From NCBI GenBank assembly GCA_963803435.1, contig CAWDML010000007.1, positions 128,001 to 192,000 on the forward strand: a DNA stretch of 64,000 nt, written 5' to 3'. Of the stretch, positions 1 to 9,168 are shown piece after piece. Position numbers and translations under genes: made by a program. Below the pieces are notes generated by a model that saw nothing but the letters and a program-made list of their open reading frames with translations, was not told the origin of the DNA and did no database searches. Source of the DNA: an uncultured delta proteobacterium. Lineage in GTDB: Bacteria; Myxococcota; Kuafuiibacteriia; Kuafuiibacteriales; Kuafuiibacteriaceae. Within the stretch, counting starts at the first letter, position 1; the number at the start of each line of letters is the position of its first letter.

Positions 1-252
1 ATCGCCGGTGAACGTGTTCTGCGGGACCGGACCCGCGAACGTCATGGCGAGGACCAGGTTGCCGCCGTTCGCCGCCGTGTCCGTATTCCAGGCATACACG
101 TCGGCGATGTCCGCGGCGTTTCCAATGGGATTCCCCACGCGTGGAGAGGGATCCAGGTGATCCGCAGCTTGCGCGATCGGACCCGCCGTCAGGAGCGAGC
201 CCACCACGAAAACTGCGCCAACCACCTGGAGGTGCGTTTTCAGGTGATTCAT
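1..252 (-). CDS. DUF4331-family secreted protein, 5' part (runs off the window)
   Basis: Manual translation from the ATG at 252: MNHLKTHLQVVGAVFVVGSLLTAGPIAQA-ADHLDPSP...ADIADVYAW. Signal peptide followed by the ADHxD/DIxDVYAW motifs typical of DUF4331. Not in the ORF track. Confidence 0.7.
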   Translation of the reverse strand, partial: MNHLKTHLQVVGAVFVVGSLLTAGPIAQAADHLDPSPRVGNPIGNAADIADVYAWNTDTAANGGNLVLAMTFAGPVPQNTFTGD

Positions 253-363
253 CAATGCGTGACCTCCGCGCACGTTGTGACGTGCGCCTCCTTCGTACGC
301 AGGAGGTCAGCGGATGGATCGAGGGATGGGGGCGCGGGTGATTCTGGCCGGTTGGGGGCCGAG

Positions 364-432
364 CTAGGAGCGTGTAGCGCGTAGCGCTACCGCGAGCCCG
401 GTCCGGGTCCCGGTCCCGGTCCCGGTCCCGAT
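364..432 (+). repeat. Left terminal inverted repeat of copy 1 (CTAG-GAGCGTGTAGCGCGTAGCGCTACCGCGAGCCCGGTCCGGGT-(CCCGGT)3-CCCGAT)
   Basis: Reverse complement of 1805-1867 except for one extra CCCGGT unit. Confidence 0.95.
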
Positions 433-452
433 CTGAAGATGGCTGCCTTGAG

Positions 453-1310
453 TCAGACGCTCGCGACGGTCGCGAGCTTCGATCGGTAGAGCTTGAGCAG
501 GTTGTGGGTGAGGCAGACGAGCGTCCACTCGGCTCGTACCTTGAAGAAGGAGCGTAGCGAGAACCGGCGGAATCCTCGTGCCCCTTTGATCTGTCCGAGC
601 GCCGGTCCGACGATACTCTTCCTGCGGGCGTAGACCGCCTTGCCGTCGCGCGTTTGCAACTTGTCTCGCATTCGCTTGCGAGCGAGCGAGGCAGGTGTGG
701 GCTCCGAAGCTGATGAGGACGGAGTCGACGCGTCTTGGTTCTGTTCGCGTCCAACAGCGATGTGGGCATCGATCTGATTGTTGTCGCAGAATTCGATGTT
801 GGTCGCGCTCAGATACCCGTTGTCTGCCGTCATCTTCCGCGGAGCATCGCCGCAGTTGCCGAACACATCACGGAGCATCGGGACGAGGTGTTGCTGATCA
901 GGTGCCTGGTTGCTGACCCCTTCGGCGACAATCACCTGAGCGTGCTCATCTACGACAACTTGGGCATTGTAGGCCTGGAGGTACGCTCCATCCTTCAACA
1001 TGATCCTGCTGTCTGAGTCGGTGAAGTTCCTCTGAGCGTTGGGCCTCGGTGTGCCGTCCACATTTGCAGGAACGCGATGATGCGGCCATCCATCATTTCG
1101 TTCAGCAGCGCGATCATCATTCGAGGCGAGTACGGTTCGCTCGCCTCGCAGGTCCTTGGACTGGATCGAGATCTCGATCGCGCTCAGCTCTACCTCATCG
1201 ACGACGTCCAAGACGAAGTACGCGAGATGATTTTCTGGGAGCCACTCGAGAGGGGACGGCGGGAGCAAGAACGATTGTCTCGGAGTCCAAGAACGGTATT
1301 GCTTCGCCAC
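453..1310 (-). pseudogene. IS1182-family transposase, internally deleted
   Basis: N-terminus QSFLLPPSPLEWLPENHLAYF, then GERPYSPRMMIALL in a shifted frame, joined at about 1102 directly to the C-terminal part (NFTDSDSRIM, YNAQ, ADNGY, YARRKSIV, IKGARGFRRFSLR, EWTLVCLTHNL). The central region is missing. Confidence 0.9.
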
Positions 1311-1415
1311 GAAACCATGGGATCAAGTCCAGGCGTCGAAGTCGATCCGCCCAACGATCGATTCCAGACGAAACGACCTCCAAGAACTTCTGCTGGTCAA
1401 AGTGGACGAGCTACC

Positions 1416-1429
1416 GCAAGCTAGCTTGC
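1416..1429. promoter_or_regulatory. Perfect 14-bp palindrome GCAAGCTAGCTTGC directly abutting the four-helix-bundle ATG
   Basis: Seen in the sequence and conserved in copy 2 (44088-44101). Regulatory function is inferred only. Confidence 0.4.
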
Positions 1430-1799
1430 ATGGTCACTTTCGATCACGAGAAGCTCGAGGCCTACCAGCTCGCCGTCGAGTATGCCGACATCGCTGAAGA
1501 GATCGCACAAGAAACTGCAACCCGGTCACGCTCACGTCCGCGATCAGCTTCGGCGGGCATCCGATTCCATCGTGAACAACACCGCCGAGGGCGTCGGAGA
1601 GCTCAATCCACCTGAGAAGGCTCGCTTCTACCGGATGGCACTTCGCTCTGGCACCGAAAGCGCCGCCTCACTCCACACCTGCTTGAGGCGCCGACTCCCC
1701 AACGAGCAGAAGGTCCAAGCCGCCAGAGTCAAGCTCAAGCGCGTTGTCGAGAGGCTCACGCGCCTCATCAAGTCGATGAACGCACGCCGGGCTGCATGA
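1430..1799 (+). CDS. Four helix bundle protein (23S rRNA intervening-sequence / Avd-like family), +1 frameshift at about 1513
   Basis: MVTFDHEKLEAYQLA...DQLRRASDSIVNNTAEG...EKARFYRMALRSGTESAA motifs. One extra A (GAAACTG vs GAACTG) relative to the intact copy at 44102-44470. Confidence 0.88.
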
Positions 1800-1804
1800 T
1801 CGCC

Positions 1805-1867
1805 ATCGGGACCGGGACCGGGACCCGGACCGGGCTCGCGGTAGCGCTACGCGCTACACGCTCCTAG
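1805..1867 (-). repeat. Right terminal inverted repeat of copy 1, (ACCGGG)2 array, ends GCTCCTAG
   Basis: Reverse complement of the left IR. CTA at 1864-1866 is also the stop codon of the adjacent minus-strand gene. Confidence 0.95.
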
Positions 1868-2826
1868 GCGTTCATCAGCATCTGGGCGTTTTGCACGCGC
1901 TGGGAACGGGCTGCTCCGCTCGAGACTTCGAAGTTGGCATCCCAGTAGGCCGCGCCTGCCGCAGCATCGGTCTTGCTGAGCCCATCGAGGTTGCCCCGGG
2001 CCTTCGCCTCGAGGAGCGTGTACTCGAGCTGCGTGTTGAAGTCGGTCCAGTCTCGGCCGTTGTCCTTGGCCCACTTCTGAAGCGCGTCCCGCCGCCCGTT
2101 GTGCCACTGGCTGAGGCCGCCGGAGGTACCGCCGTCGCCCGAGTTGTTGCCAGGGTCCAGACCCGGGGACTCGACCATCATGTTGCCGACGATCGCCGCC
2201 GCTTGGGCTTTGGTGAGGTGGCCGTGCTCCTGCAAGTACTTCATCGCGTACTTCGCCTTCTCCATCTCCTTGGCGCTGGCGGGCGGACCACCGGCGGAGC
2301 CCGTCGCGCTCGCGGTGACCGGGGAGCCCGAGCTCGCCCCGCTGGTGCCGCCCCCTCCGCTGCTGCCGCCTCCGCCCGAGCTGCCGCCGCCCGAGCTGCC
2401 ACCCACCGGCTGGGTCGACTGCGCGGCGGGCGAGCTCATGTTGCCGAGGTCCCGACCACCGCCCGCCGGCTTGTTCTCCTGCTGCTTGTTGAGCAGCCAC
2501 TGGATCAGCAGCTGCATCATCTCCTCTTTGTCGAGGTTCTGTAGCGCGTCCATCCCAGGCTTCGTGGGAACGCCGTTCTCGCCCTCCTTGCCGAGGACGA
2601 TCTGCATCAGCTTTCGGCTCTCGTCGGCGGTGTCGATCTTGTCGGGATCGCCGCCCTTGAAGTCGGCCTGGTGCGCCTTGACGATCTTCTGGATGTCCGG
2701 CGGGAGCGCCGAGATGTCGATGCTGTCCTGCCCGACCGGCATCGCCTGCCCTTGAGGCAGAGCACCGTTACGGAGGAAGTAGCTCCAAATGTCGTTGGGA
2801 TCAGAAGTAAGTCCGGTGAGTGCCAT
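1864..2826 (-). CDS. Protein with C-terminal phage-tail-type lysozyme domain and Gly/Ser-rich linker
   Basis: ATG at 2826 preceded by a GGAGGAG SD. C-terminus AQAAAIVGNMMVES...GLSQWHNGRRDAL...DFNTQLEYTLLE matches the phage tail lysozyme pattern. Confidence 0.75.
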   Translation of the reverse strand: MALTGLTSDPNDIWSYFLRNGALPQGQAMPVGQDSIDISALPPDIQKIVKAHQADFKGGDPDKIDTADESRKLMQIVLGKEGENGVPTKPGMDALQNLDKEEMMQLLIQWLLNKQQENKPAGGGRDLGNMSSPAAQSTQPVGGSSGGGSSGGGGSSGGGGTSGASSGSPVTASATGSAGGPPASAKEMEKAKYAMKYLQEHGHLTKAQAAAIVGNMMVESPGLDPGNNSGDGGTSGGLSQWHNGRRDALQKWAKDNGRDWTDFNTQLEYTLLEAKARGNLDGLSKTDAAAGAAYWDANFEVSSGAARSQRVQNAQMLMNA

Positions 2827-2885
2827 CCTGGTTCTCCTCCCCGAGATAGTGGACGGCGGGAGCGGTGAGGTCGCTTTCGAGACGA

Positions 2886-4727
2886 TTACAAGTAGGCGCG
2901 CGCCCAGCCGTCGATCGTGAGGAGCAGGAACAGCTGCCGCCGCCGGTCGTGTTTTCCGCTCAGGTGTTCCTCGAAGCAGCTCCGGATCACAGATCGGTCC
3001 ATCCACGCGAACAGAGGCGAGTCTTCGCGGATCAACCGCGACTCGACCGTCGCCTTGAGTTGCTCGCGGAGCCACACATCGAGCGGGTTGGTGAAGCCGC
3101 GCTTCTTGCGCGTGAGGAGCGCCGGCGGCAGGCGCCGCTTCATCGCCCGCCGGTGCACGCGCTTGGTGACGAAGCCGGCGGCCGTGAGCCTGAGCTTCTG
3201 CGCGTCTGGAAAGGACTCGAGCAGCTCGATCAGGCGGTGATCGAGAAACGGCACGCGGAGCTCGATGCCGTGCGCCATCGAGAGCTTGTCCGCGACCATC
3301 AAGAGGTCGTCGACCAACCAGGTCCGCGTGTCCGTGTAGAGCATGCGTCCGAGCGGCGGCAGGTGCGCCGCCTCCCGGTGGAGGCGCTCGATCGGCGCGG
3401 CGACGTTCGACTCGACGCGGACGCCCGGCAGCAGCAAACGCCGCTTCTCCTCCTCCTGGAACACCGCGTAGATCCGGAGCGCGCGGCGGAGATCGTCCGG
3501 CTCGTCGAGCGCGCGAAAGGCACGCTTGAGCTTCTCCGGCGCCGCGCTCTGCTCCACGATCGGCTCCAGCCTGGAGAGGAAGCCGAGGCGGCGGAACCAG
3601 GGCGCCAGATACTCACCCTTGTAGCGATCGTAGCCGGCCAGCGGCTCGTCGGCGCCCTGCCCCGAGAGCACGACCTTCACGTGGCGGCGGGCGAGCTGCG
3701 AGAGGAAGTGCGTCGCGGGCGCCGAGTCGTTCAGCACCGGCTCCTCCAGATCGACGACGTAGCGATCGAGGTACGCTCGATAATCCTCGGCCCCGATCAC
3801 CAGCGTGTGCTGCTCGGCGCCGAAGAGACGCGCGGTCTCTGCCGCCAGCGGGATCTCGTCGTCGGCTTCGTTGTCGGTGAAGCCGATCGTGAACGCGTGG
3901 ACGTCGCGGCGTCCCATCGACTGCAGCACGGCCGCGGAGTCGACGCCGCCCGAGAGGAAGATGCCCACGGGGACGTCGCTGACCATGCGCGCGGCCACCG
4001 CGTCGTCGAACGCGCGGAGGAAGCGCGCCTCTGCCTCGTCGTCCGGGATCGCGACGGGCTCGGGGCGCGGCGACCACCAGCGCTCGATCGTGAGCCCGCG
4101 ATCCGAGGCGACGGCGAAGTGCCCGGGCGGGAGCTTCCTGATCCCCGCGAACGCGGTGAGCGGCGAGGGGACGTAGCGGTACGTGAGCAGCTGATCGAGG
4201 GCCACCGGATCGAGCGCCACCTTCACGGAGGGATGGAGCAAGAGCGCTCGGATCTCCGACGCGAAGGCAGCGCCGCCGCCGGGGAGCTCGACGTAGTAGA
4301 CCGGCTTGATGCCGAGTCGGTCGCGGATCACCACCAGCTCGTGCGTGCGCCCGTCCCAGATCGCGGCCGCGAACATGCCCACGATCGGCTCCAGCCCCGC
4401 GATCCCGCGCTCCTCGTAGGCGCGCAGGAAGACCTCGGTGTCGCTGTTGGTCCGCCACGGACCCGGCAGCGCGGCCCGGACCTCCCGGTAGTTGTAGGCC
4501 TCGCCGTTGTAGACGATCAGCACCCGATCGTCGCGGCCGCGGATCGGTTGATCGCCGCCCTCGAGATCGATGATCGACAGACGCCGGTGCCCCAGCCCGC
4601 AACCCGGGTTGACATGGACCCCGCGGCCGTCGGGCCCGCGGTGGGCCAGGCTGTCGGTCATTCGATCGAGGAGCCCGGGATCGACGGCCCCGCCGCGCGG
4701 TGCGAACAGCGCCACGAAACCGCACAT
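2886..4727 (-). CDS. asnB: Asparagine synthase (glutamine-hydrolysing)-family amidotransferase
   Basis: MCG N-terminus, HRGPD, GHRRLSIID, YNGE.YNY, RDRLGIKP, LSGGVDS, SGQGADE, ELRVPFLD. Confidence 0.92.
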   Translation of the reverse strand: MCGFVALFAPRGGAVDPGLLDRMTDSLAHRGPDGRGVHVNPGCGLGHRRLSIIDLEGGDQPIRGRDDRVLIVYNGEAYNYREVRAALPGPWRTNSDTEVFLRAYEERGIAGLEPIVGMFAAAIWDGRTHELVVIRDRLGIKPVYYVELPGGGAAFASEIRALLLHPSVKVALDPVALDQLLTYRYVPSPLTAFAGIRKLPPGHFAVASDRGLTIERWWSPRPEPVAIPDDEAEARFLRAFDDAVAARMVSDVPVGIFLSGGVDSAAVLQSMGRRDVHAFTIGFTDNEADDEIPLAAETARLFGAEQHTLVIGAEDYRAYLDRYVVDLEEPVLNDSAPATHFLSQLARRHVKVVLSGQGADEPLAGYDRYKGEYLAPWFRRLGFLSRLEPIVEQSAAPEKLKRAFRALDEPDDLRRALRIYAVFQEEEKRRLLLPGVRVESNVAAPIERLHREAAHLPPLGRMLYTDTRTWLVDDLLMVADKLSMAHGIELRVPFLDHRLIELLESFPDAQKLRLTAAGFVTKRVHRRAMKRRLPPALLTRKKRGFTNPLDVWLREQLKATVESRLIREDSPLFAWMDRSVIRSCFEEHLSGKHDRRRQLFLLLTIDGWARAYL

Positions 4728-4781
4728 TTGCGGGCAAGCTACCCGATTGCGCTCACGTGCGCACCTCGATACGGATCCCGG

Positions 4782-7618
4782 ATGAAACGGGCGATCCTCC
4801 TCCCGATCGCGATCGGCGTCGGTTGCTCGGGTGACCCGGCCGGCATCGAGAGGCTCGAGCCCTCCCAGACCCGCGTGATCCCGACGCTGGAGGAGCAGGT
4901 CTCGGTGCTGCGGGCCGAGATGAACGTCCCGCACATCTACGCGAAGGATGTGCTCGACCTGCATCGCGCGCAGGGCTTCGTCACGGCGCAGGATCGATAC
5001 GTCCAGATCGAGCTCACCCGCCGATTCGGGGGCGGGACCCTCTCCGAGCTGCTGGGCGAGCTGGGCGTTCCCATCGACGCCACCGCGCGCCAGCAGGGCA
5101 TGCGCGTGGTCGCCGATCGGATCTGGGACGCCGCCAGCCCCGACATCAAGGCGCGCTTCGAGGCCTACGCCGAGGGGATCAACGCGTACATCGTCGCCGT
5201 GCAGCGCGGGCAGCTCCCCGTCCCCGAGGAGATCGACATCGTGGGCGGTCTGCTGAAGCTCGATCGACCGGCGGACGCCATGCAACCGCTGATCGGCTAC
5301 GACGTCGCGGCGGTGGCCGCGGTCCTGATGAGCCGCCTCGGCTACGAGAACACCGATCTCATGCGCCAGGAGATCGCCGATCGGTTGGCGTCGCTCGCGC
5401 TGCCCGACCTGGCCAGGCGCGGGATGATCGAGGACGCGTTCCTGGCGGTCCGGCCGGTCTACGATCTGGTGCAGACCAGGCCCGGCGAGTCCACGAGCCG
5501 CCTCACCCCCGGGCGCACCGCCCGCCTGCGATCGATCGGTGTGGAGCGCTCGATGCTGTCGCGCCTGGTCGCGCGCACGAACGGTTACCTCGAGGCGCTC
5601 GGCAAGCCGCGCAAGTCCGACTTCGGCTCCAACTCCTGGGCCGTCACGAAGGCCGCCACCGGCGGACACGGGGCCATCCTCTCCAACGACGGCCACCTCC
5701 CGCTGACCGTGCCCTCGCTCTTCTACCAGACGTGCCTCGACGCCGAGTACTTCGGCGATCAGGACACGCACGTCTGCGGCCTGTTCTTCCCCGGCTTCCC
5801 CTTCCTGGCGGTGGGCACCAACGGCCACGTCGCCTGGGGACAGACGTACCTCGACGCCGACGTGGTCGACTTCTACAAGGAGCAGATCCGGCTCGGCGCC
5901 GACGGCCTCCCGATGGAGAGCCTGTTCCAGGGCGACTGGTACCCGATCGAGCGGATCGACGAGACCTATCGCATCGGCATGGGCGACGACTCCGAGGTGG
6001 TCCCGCGCTTCGTCACGTTCGACGGCCGCTACCTGATCTCGGTGGAGGGCGAGCTCGCCGAGGGCCCGGCACCGGACGCGTTCTTCGCGGTCGGCGACTG
6101 GATCACGCCGGGGACGCCGACCAGAACGGTGTCATCGACGCGATCAGCTTCGACTGGACGGCCTTCGACATCAGCCAGACGATCGCGGCGGTCGACGGCT
6201 TCTCCAAGTCTCGGTCGATCGCCGACTTCAAGGAGCAGACCAAGAAGCTCACCGGCTACGCGCAGAACGTGATCGTCGCGGACGAGCACGGCGACGTGAT
6301 GTACACCGGCTTCCACGCGATGCCCTGCCGCGATCAGCTGGAGAAGGACGGCGACACCTGGGCCGCGGGCGCCAACCCGCTCCAGATCCTCGACGGCACG
6401 CGCTACGGAGGGTTCGACGTGGCCGAAGGTTGTACGGTCCCCTTCGAGGTGGGTCCGCGCTCCGAGTCACCGGCCTCCGGCTACGTGCTCACCGCCAACC
6501 ACGATCCGCTCGGCAACGGCCTCGACGACAACCTCGCCAACGATCAGTGGTACATCGGCGGCCCCTGGTCGGCGGGCTATCGCGCGCACACGATCGACAC
6601 CCGGCTGCGCGAGCTGGTGTCGAGCAAGAGCGCGACCATCGAGGCGATGGCGACGCTGCAGTCGGATCACCGATCCCAGCTCGGCGCCGCCTACGCGCCC
6701 GAGCTGATCGCCGCCGTCGGCAGCTCCACCTCGGCCTCGCCGGCGATGACCGAGGCGGCGTCGCGCCTGCAGGCCTGGATCGATCGCGGGGCCAGCGCCG
6801 AGTCGGGCGTCGACACCTTCTATGCGACCTACGACGCCGACCAGAAGAAGGACGCCGTCGCCACCATGATCTTCAACGCCTGGCTCCGCCGCTTCACCGA
6901 GCTGATCTTCGACGACGAGGGCCAGTTCGTCTTCGCACCCTCGCAGAGCCGCAGCACCTTCCGCACGCTCGACCGCCTGATGAAGAACGATCCCGCACAC
7001 CTCGCCTCCTACGATCCAGCTACCGGCGAGTCGGCGCTCTTCGACATCCAGGGCACGCCGCGCGTCGAGCGCAAGCGCGAGCTGATGCTGACCGCCCTCG
7101 AGGAGGCGCTCGCGGAGCTCGCCTCCTCCCAGCGCTTCGGCACCGCCGACATGGATCGCTGGCTCTGGGGCCTCGTCCACCAGGTCCACTTCGAGCCGCT
7201 CCTCGAGGAGGTCGGCGCCGACAACCCGCTGGTCGGGCTGATCGCATTCAAGTTCGGGCTCACCACCGAGCTGTTGCCGCTCGCGCCCGACCTGCCGCCC
7301 TCCGATCCGCGGGCCGCGCTGGTGCACTTCCCGCGCGACGGTGATTGGTTCGGTGTCGACGCCGCCAACCCCGGCCTCACGCGGAGCGAGTACACGTACT
7401 CCGACGGCCCGGTCATGCGCATGGTGATCCAGCTCGACGACGGCGAGGTGCACGGCCAGAACATCCTCCCCGGTGGACAGTCGGGGCTCATCGGCAATCC
7501 GCACTTCTACGATCAGGCGGCCCTCTGGCTGGGCAACCAGACCATCCCGCTCCGGTACAGCGCCGAGGAGGCCGCCGAGGGCGCGGTCGCGCGGGAGATC
7601 TTCGTGCGAGAGAGATAG
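4782..7618 (+). CDS. Penicillin acylase / acyl-homoserine-lactone acylase family Ntn hydrolase (lipoprotein); frameshift at about 6112
   Basis: Lipobox-like VGC, VPHIYA, GFVTAQDR, GSNSW, NDGHL, PGGQSG. Split between ORFs 2865..6272 and 5732..7618 at a G run. Confidence 0.88.
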
Positions 7619-7638
7619 CGTTGACGCGGCCCCTCTCC

Positions 7639-9150
7639 ATGCGCCCGGCGGCGCTCGTTCGGGAGCACCGGGCGTTCCTGCTCCTCGTGCTGATCGCGAG
7701 CGGGCTCCGGATCACGCACTTTCTCGTCCGGGGCGCGCTCTGGGGAGACGAGGCCGCCCTCGCGATCAACATCTCACCGCGCTCGTTCTCCGAGCTCACC
7801 CAGCCGCTCGTGCTGTTCCAGGTCTGCCCGCTCGGCTTCCTGGCCCTCGCGAAGCTGGGCACGACGCTCTTCGGCGAGAGCGAGCGGTCTCTTCGACTGG
7901 TGTCGCTCTGCTCGGGGATCTGCGTCCCGCCGCTGGTCTATCTGGCCGCCGGCCGCGCGATCGGGCGGCGCACCGGGCTGATCGCGCTGGGGCTGATCGC
8001 GGTCCTGCCGTGGATGATCTACTACGCGTCGGAGCTCAAGCCCTACGCCACCGATGCGGCGATGGCCGCGGCCGCGATCGCGCTGGTGGCGCTGCTCCTC
8101 GACACCCCCGACGACCGGAGGCTTCGCGCCGGCCTCGCGCTGCTCGGGCTGGCCGGCGTCGCCGTCTCGATCCCCTTCATCTTCGTCTTCGCCGGCGGGA
8201 TCCTGGCGCTCGCGCTCGACGAGCTGGAACGGCGCCGCAGGTTCCGGCGCCTGCTCGAGCTGACCTCTACGGCCGCGGTGGTCTCGAGCGCATTTCTCCT
8301 CCACCTGGTGCGCTTTCTGGGCCGGAGCACCGGCGCCCAGAGCCGCAGCGTGAACGACTTCTGGGAGGAGGGCTTCTTCCCCTTCCCACCGCACAACCTC
8401 GCCGAGCTGCGCTGGCTGCCCGGGAAGTTCTTCTACGCGTTCGTCGAGCCGGGCGGCTTCTACGCCCGGTATCTCGCGGGCGCGCTCTTCCTCTTCGGCC
8501 TCGTGGTGATCGGCCGCCGGAGGCGAGCCTTCGCCGCCGCGCTCGTCGCTCCCCTCCTCCTCCTGCTCATCGCCTCCGCGCTCGGTCGCTACCCGGCGCT
8601 CGCTCGTCTGATCCTGTTCACCGTCCCGATCATGGTCATCGGCATCGCCTCCGCGCTCGGCTGGCTCTGGGAACGCTCGGCGACGACGCGCGGGCTGGCG
8701 GTCGCGATGGGCGGCCTGCTCCTGGTGCAGACCTTCACCCAGGCGCCGCGCCTGCTGATCCCGTCCGGCGCGCCGGACACCGCCGACTTCGCGCGCCGCC
8801 TGAACGTCGAGCTCCGCCCCACCGACGGCCTGTTCGTCGACGACGATCTCGAGTGGAGCTTCAAATACTATCGGTGGCGATACTCGTTGGCCGTCGCGCC
8901 GATCGACACCTCGCCGTCCCCGCCGGAGTACCCGAAGGTCGTCGGCACCGACCAGGCCTACCTGCACCAGCTCGATCCGTTGTTCGGGAAGGATCGGGTC
9001 TGGCTGGTCCTCTCCGACTTCGAGCGTCCCGGCCGCGGCGCCAGCTACGACGCCTTCGTCACCGACTACGTCGAGCGGCACGGGGGGCGTGCCCTCGAGC
9101 GAGTGCGCGGAAACGGCGTGTCGCTGGCGCTCTATGATCTCTCACGGTGA
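7639..9150 (+). CDS. Glycosyltransferase family 39 (ArnT/PMT-like) membrane protein
   Basis: LWGDEA, FGESERSLRL and YYASELKPY motifs; many transmembrane segments. Confidence 0.8.
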   Translation: MRPAALVREHRAFLLLVLIASGLRITHFLVRGALWGDEAALAINISPRSFSELTQPLVLFQVCPLGFLALAKLGTTLFGESERSLRLVSLCSGICVPPLVYLAAGRAIGRRTGLIALGLIAVLPWMIYYASELKPYATDAAMAAAAIALVALLLDTPDDRRLRAGLALLGLAGVAVSIPFIFVFAGGILALALDELERRRRFRRLLELTSTAAVVSSAFLLHLVRFLGRSTGAQSRSVNDFWEEGFFPFPPHNLAELRWLPGKFFYAFVEPGGFYARYLAGALFLFGLVVIGRRRRAFAAALVAPLLLLLIASALGRYPALARLILFTVPIMVIGIASALGWLWERSATTRGLAVAMGGLLLVQTFTQAPRLLIPSGAPDTADFARRLNVELRPTDGLFVDDDLEWSFKYYRWRYSLAVAPIDTSPSPPEYPKVVGTDQAYLHQLDPLFGKDRVWLVLSDFERPGRGASYDAFVTDYVERHGGRALERVRGNGVSLALYDLSR

Positions 9151-9168
9151 CGTGCCGAAATACCTACG

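Larger units (their letters stand above)
364..1867. mobile_element. IS1182-derived non-autonomous element, copy 1, carrying a four-helix-bundle passenger gene; CTAG at both ends
   Basis: Terminal inverted repeats at 364-432 and 1805-1867, transposase remnant and passenger ORF inside. A near-identical second copy lies at 43102-44544 with different flanks. Confidence 0.85.

Noticed and set aside
397-432. CRISPR array
   Set aside because: Only short hexamer tandem repeats without spacers; no cas genes seen.
1430-1799. Diversity-generating retroelement suggested by the Avd-like gene and divergent copies
   Set aside because: No reverse transcriptase in the window, no TR/VR pair, and the differences between copies are not adenine-specific.
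1864-2826. Prophage suggested by the tail-lysozyme domain
   Set aside because: No other phage structural, integrase or packaging genes in the window.
2886-4727. Lasso peptide cyclase
   Set aside because: The protein has an intact N-terminal Cys glutaminase domain, and no B protein or precursor peptide is nearby.
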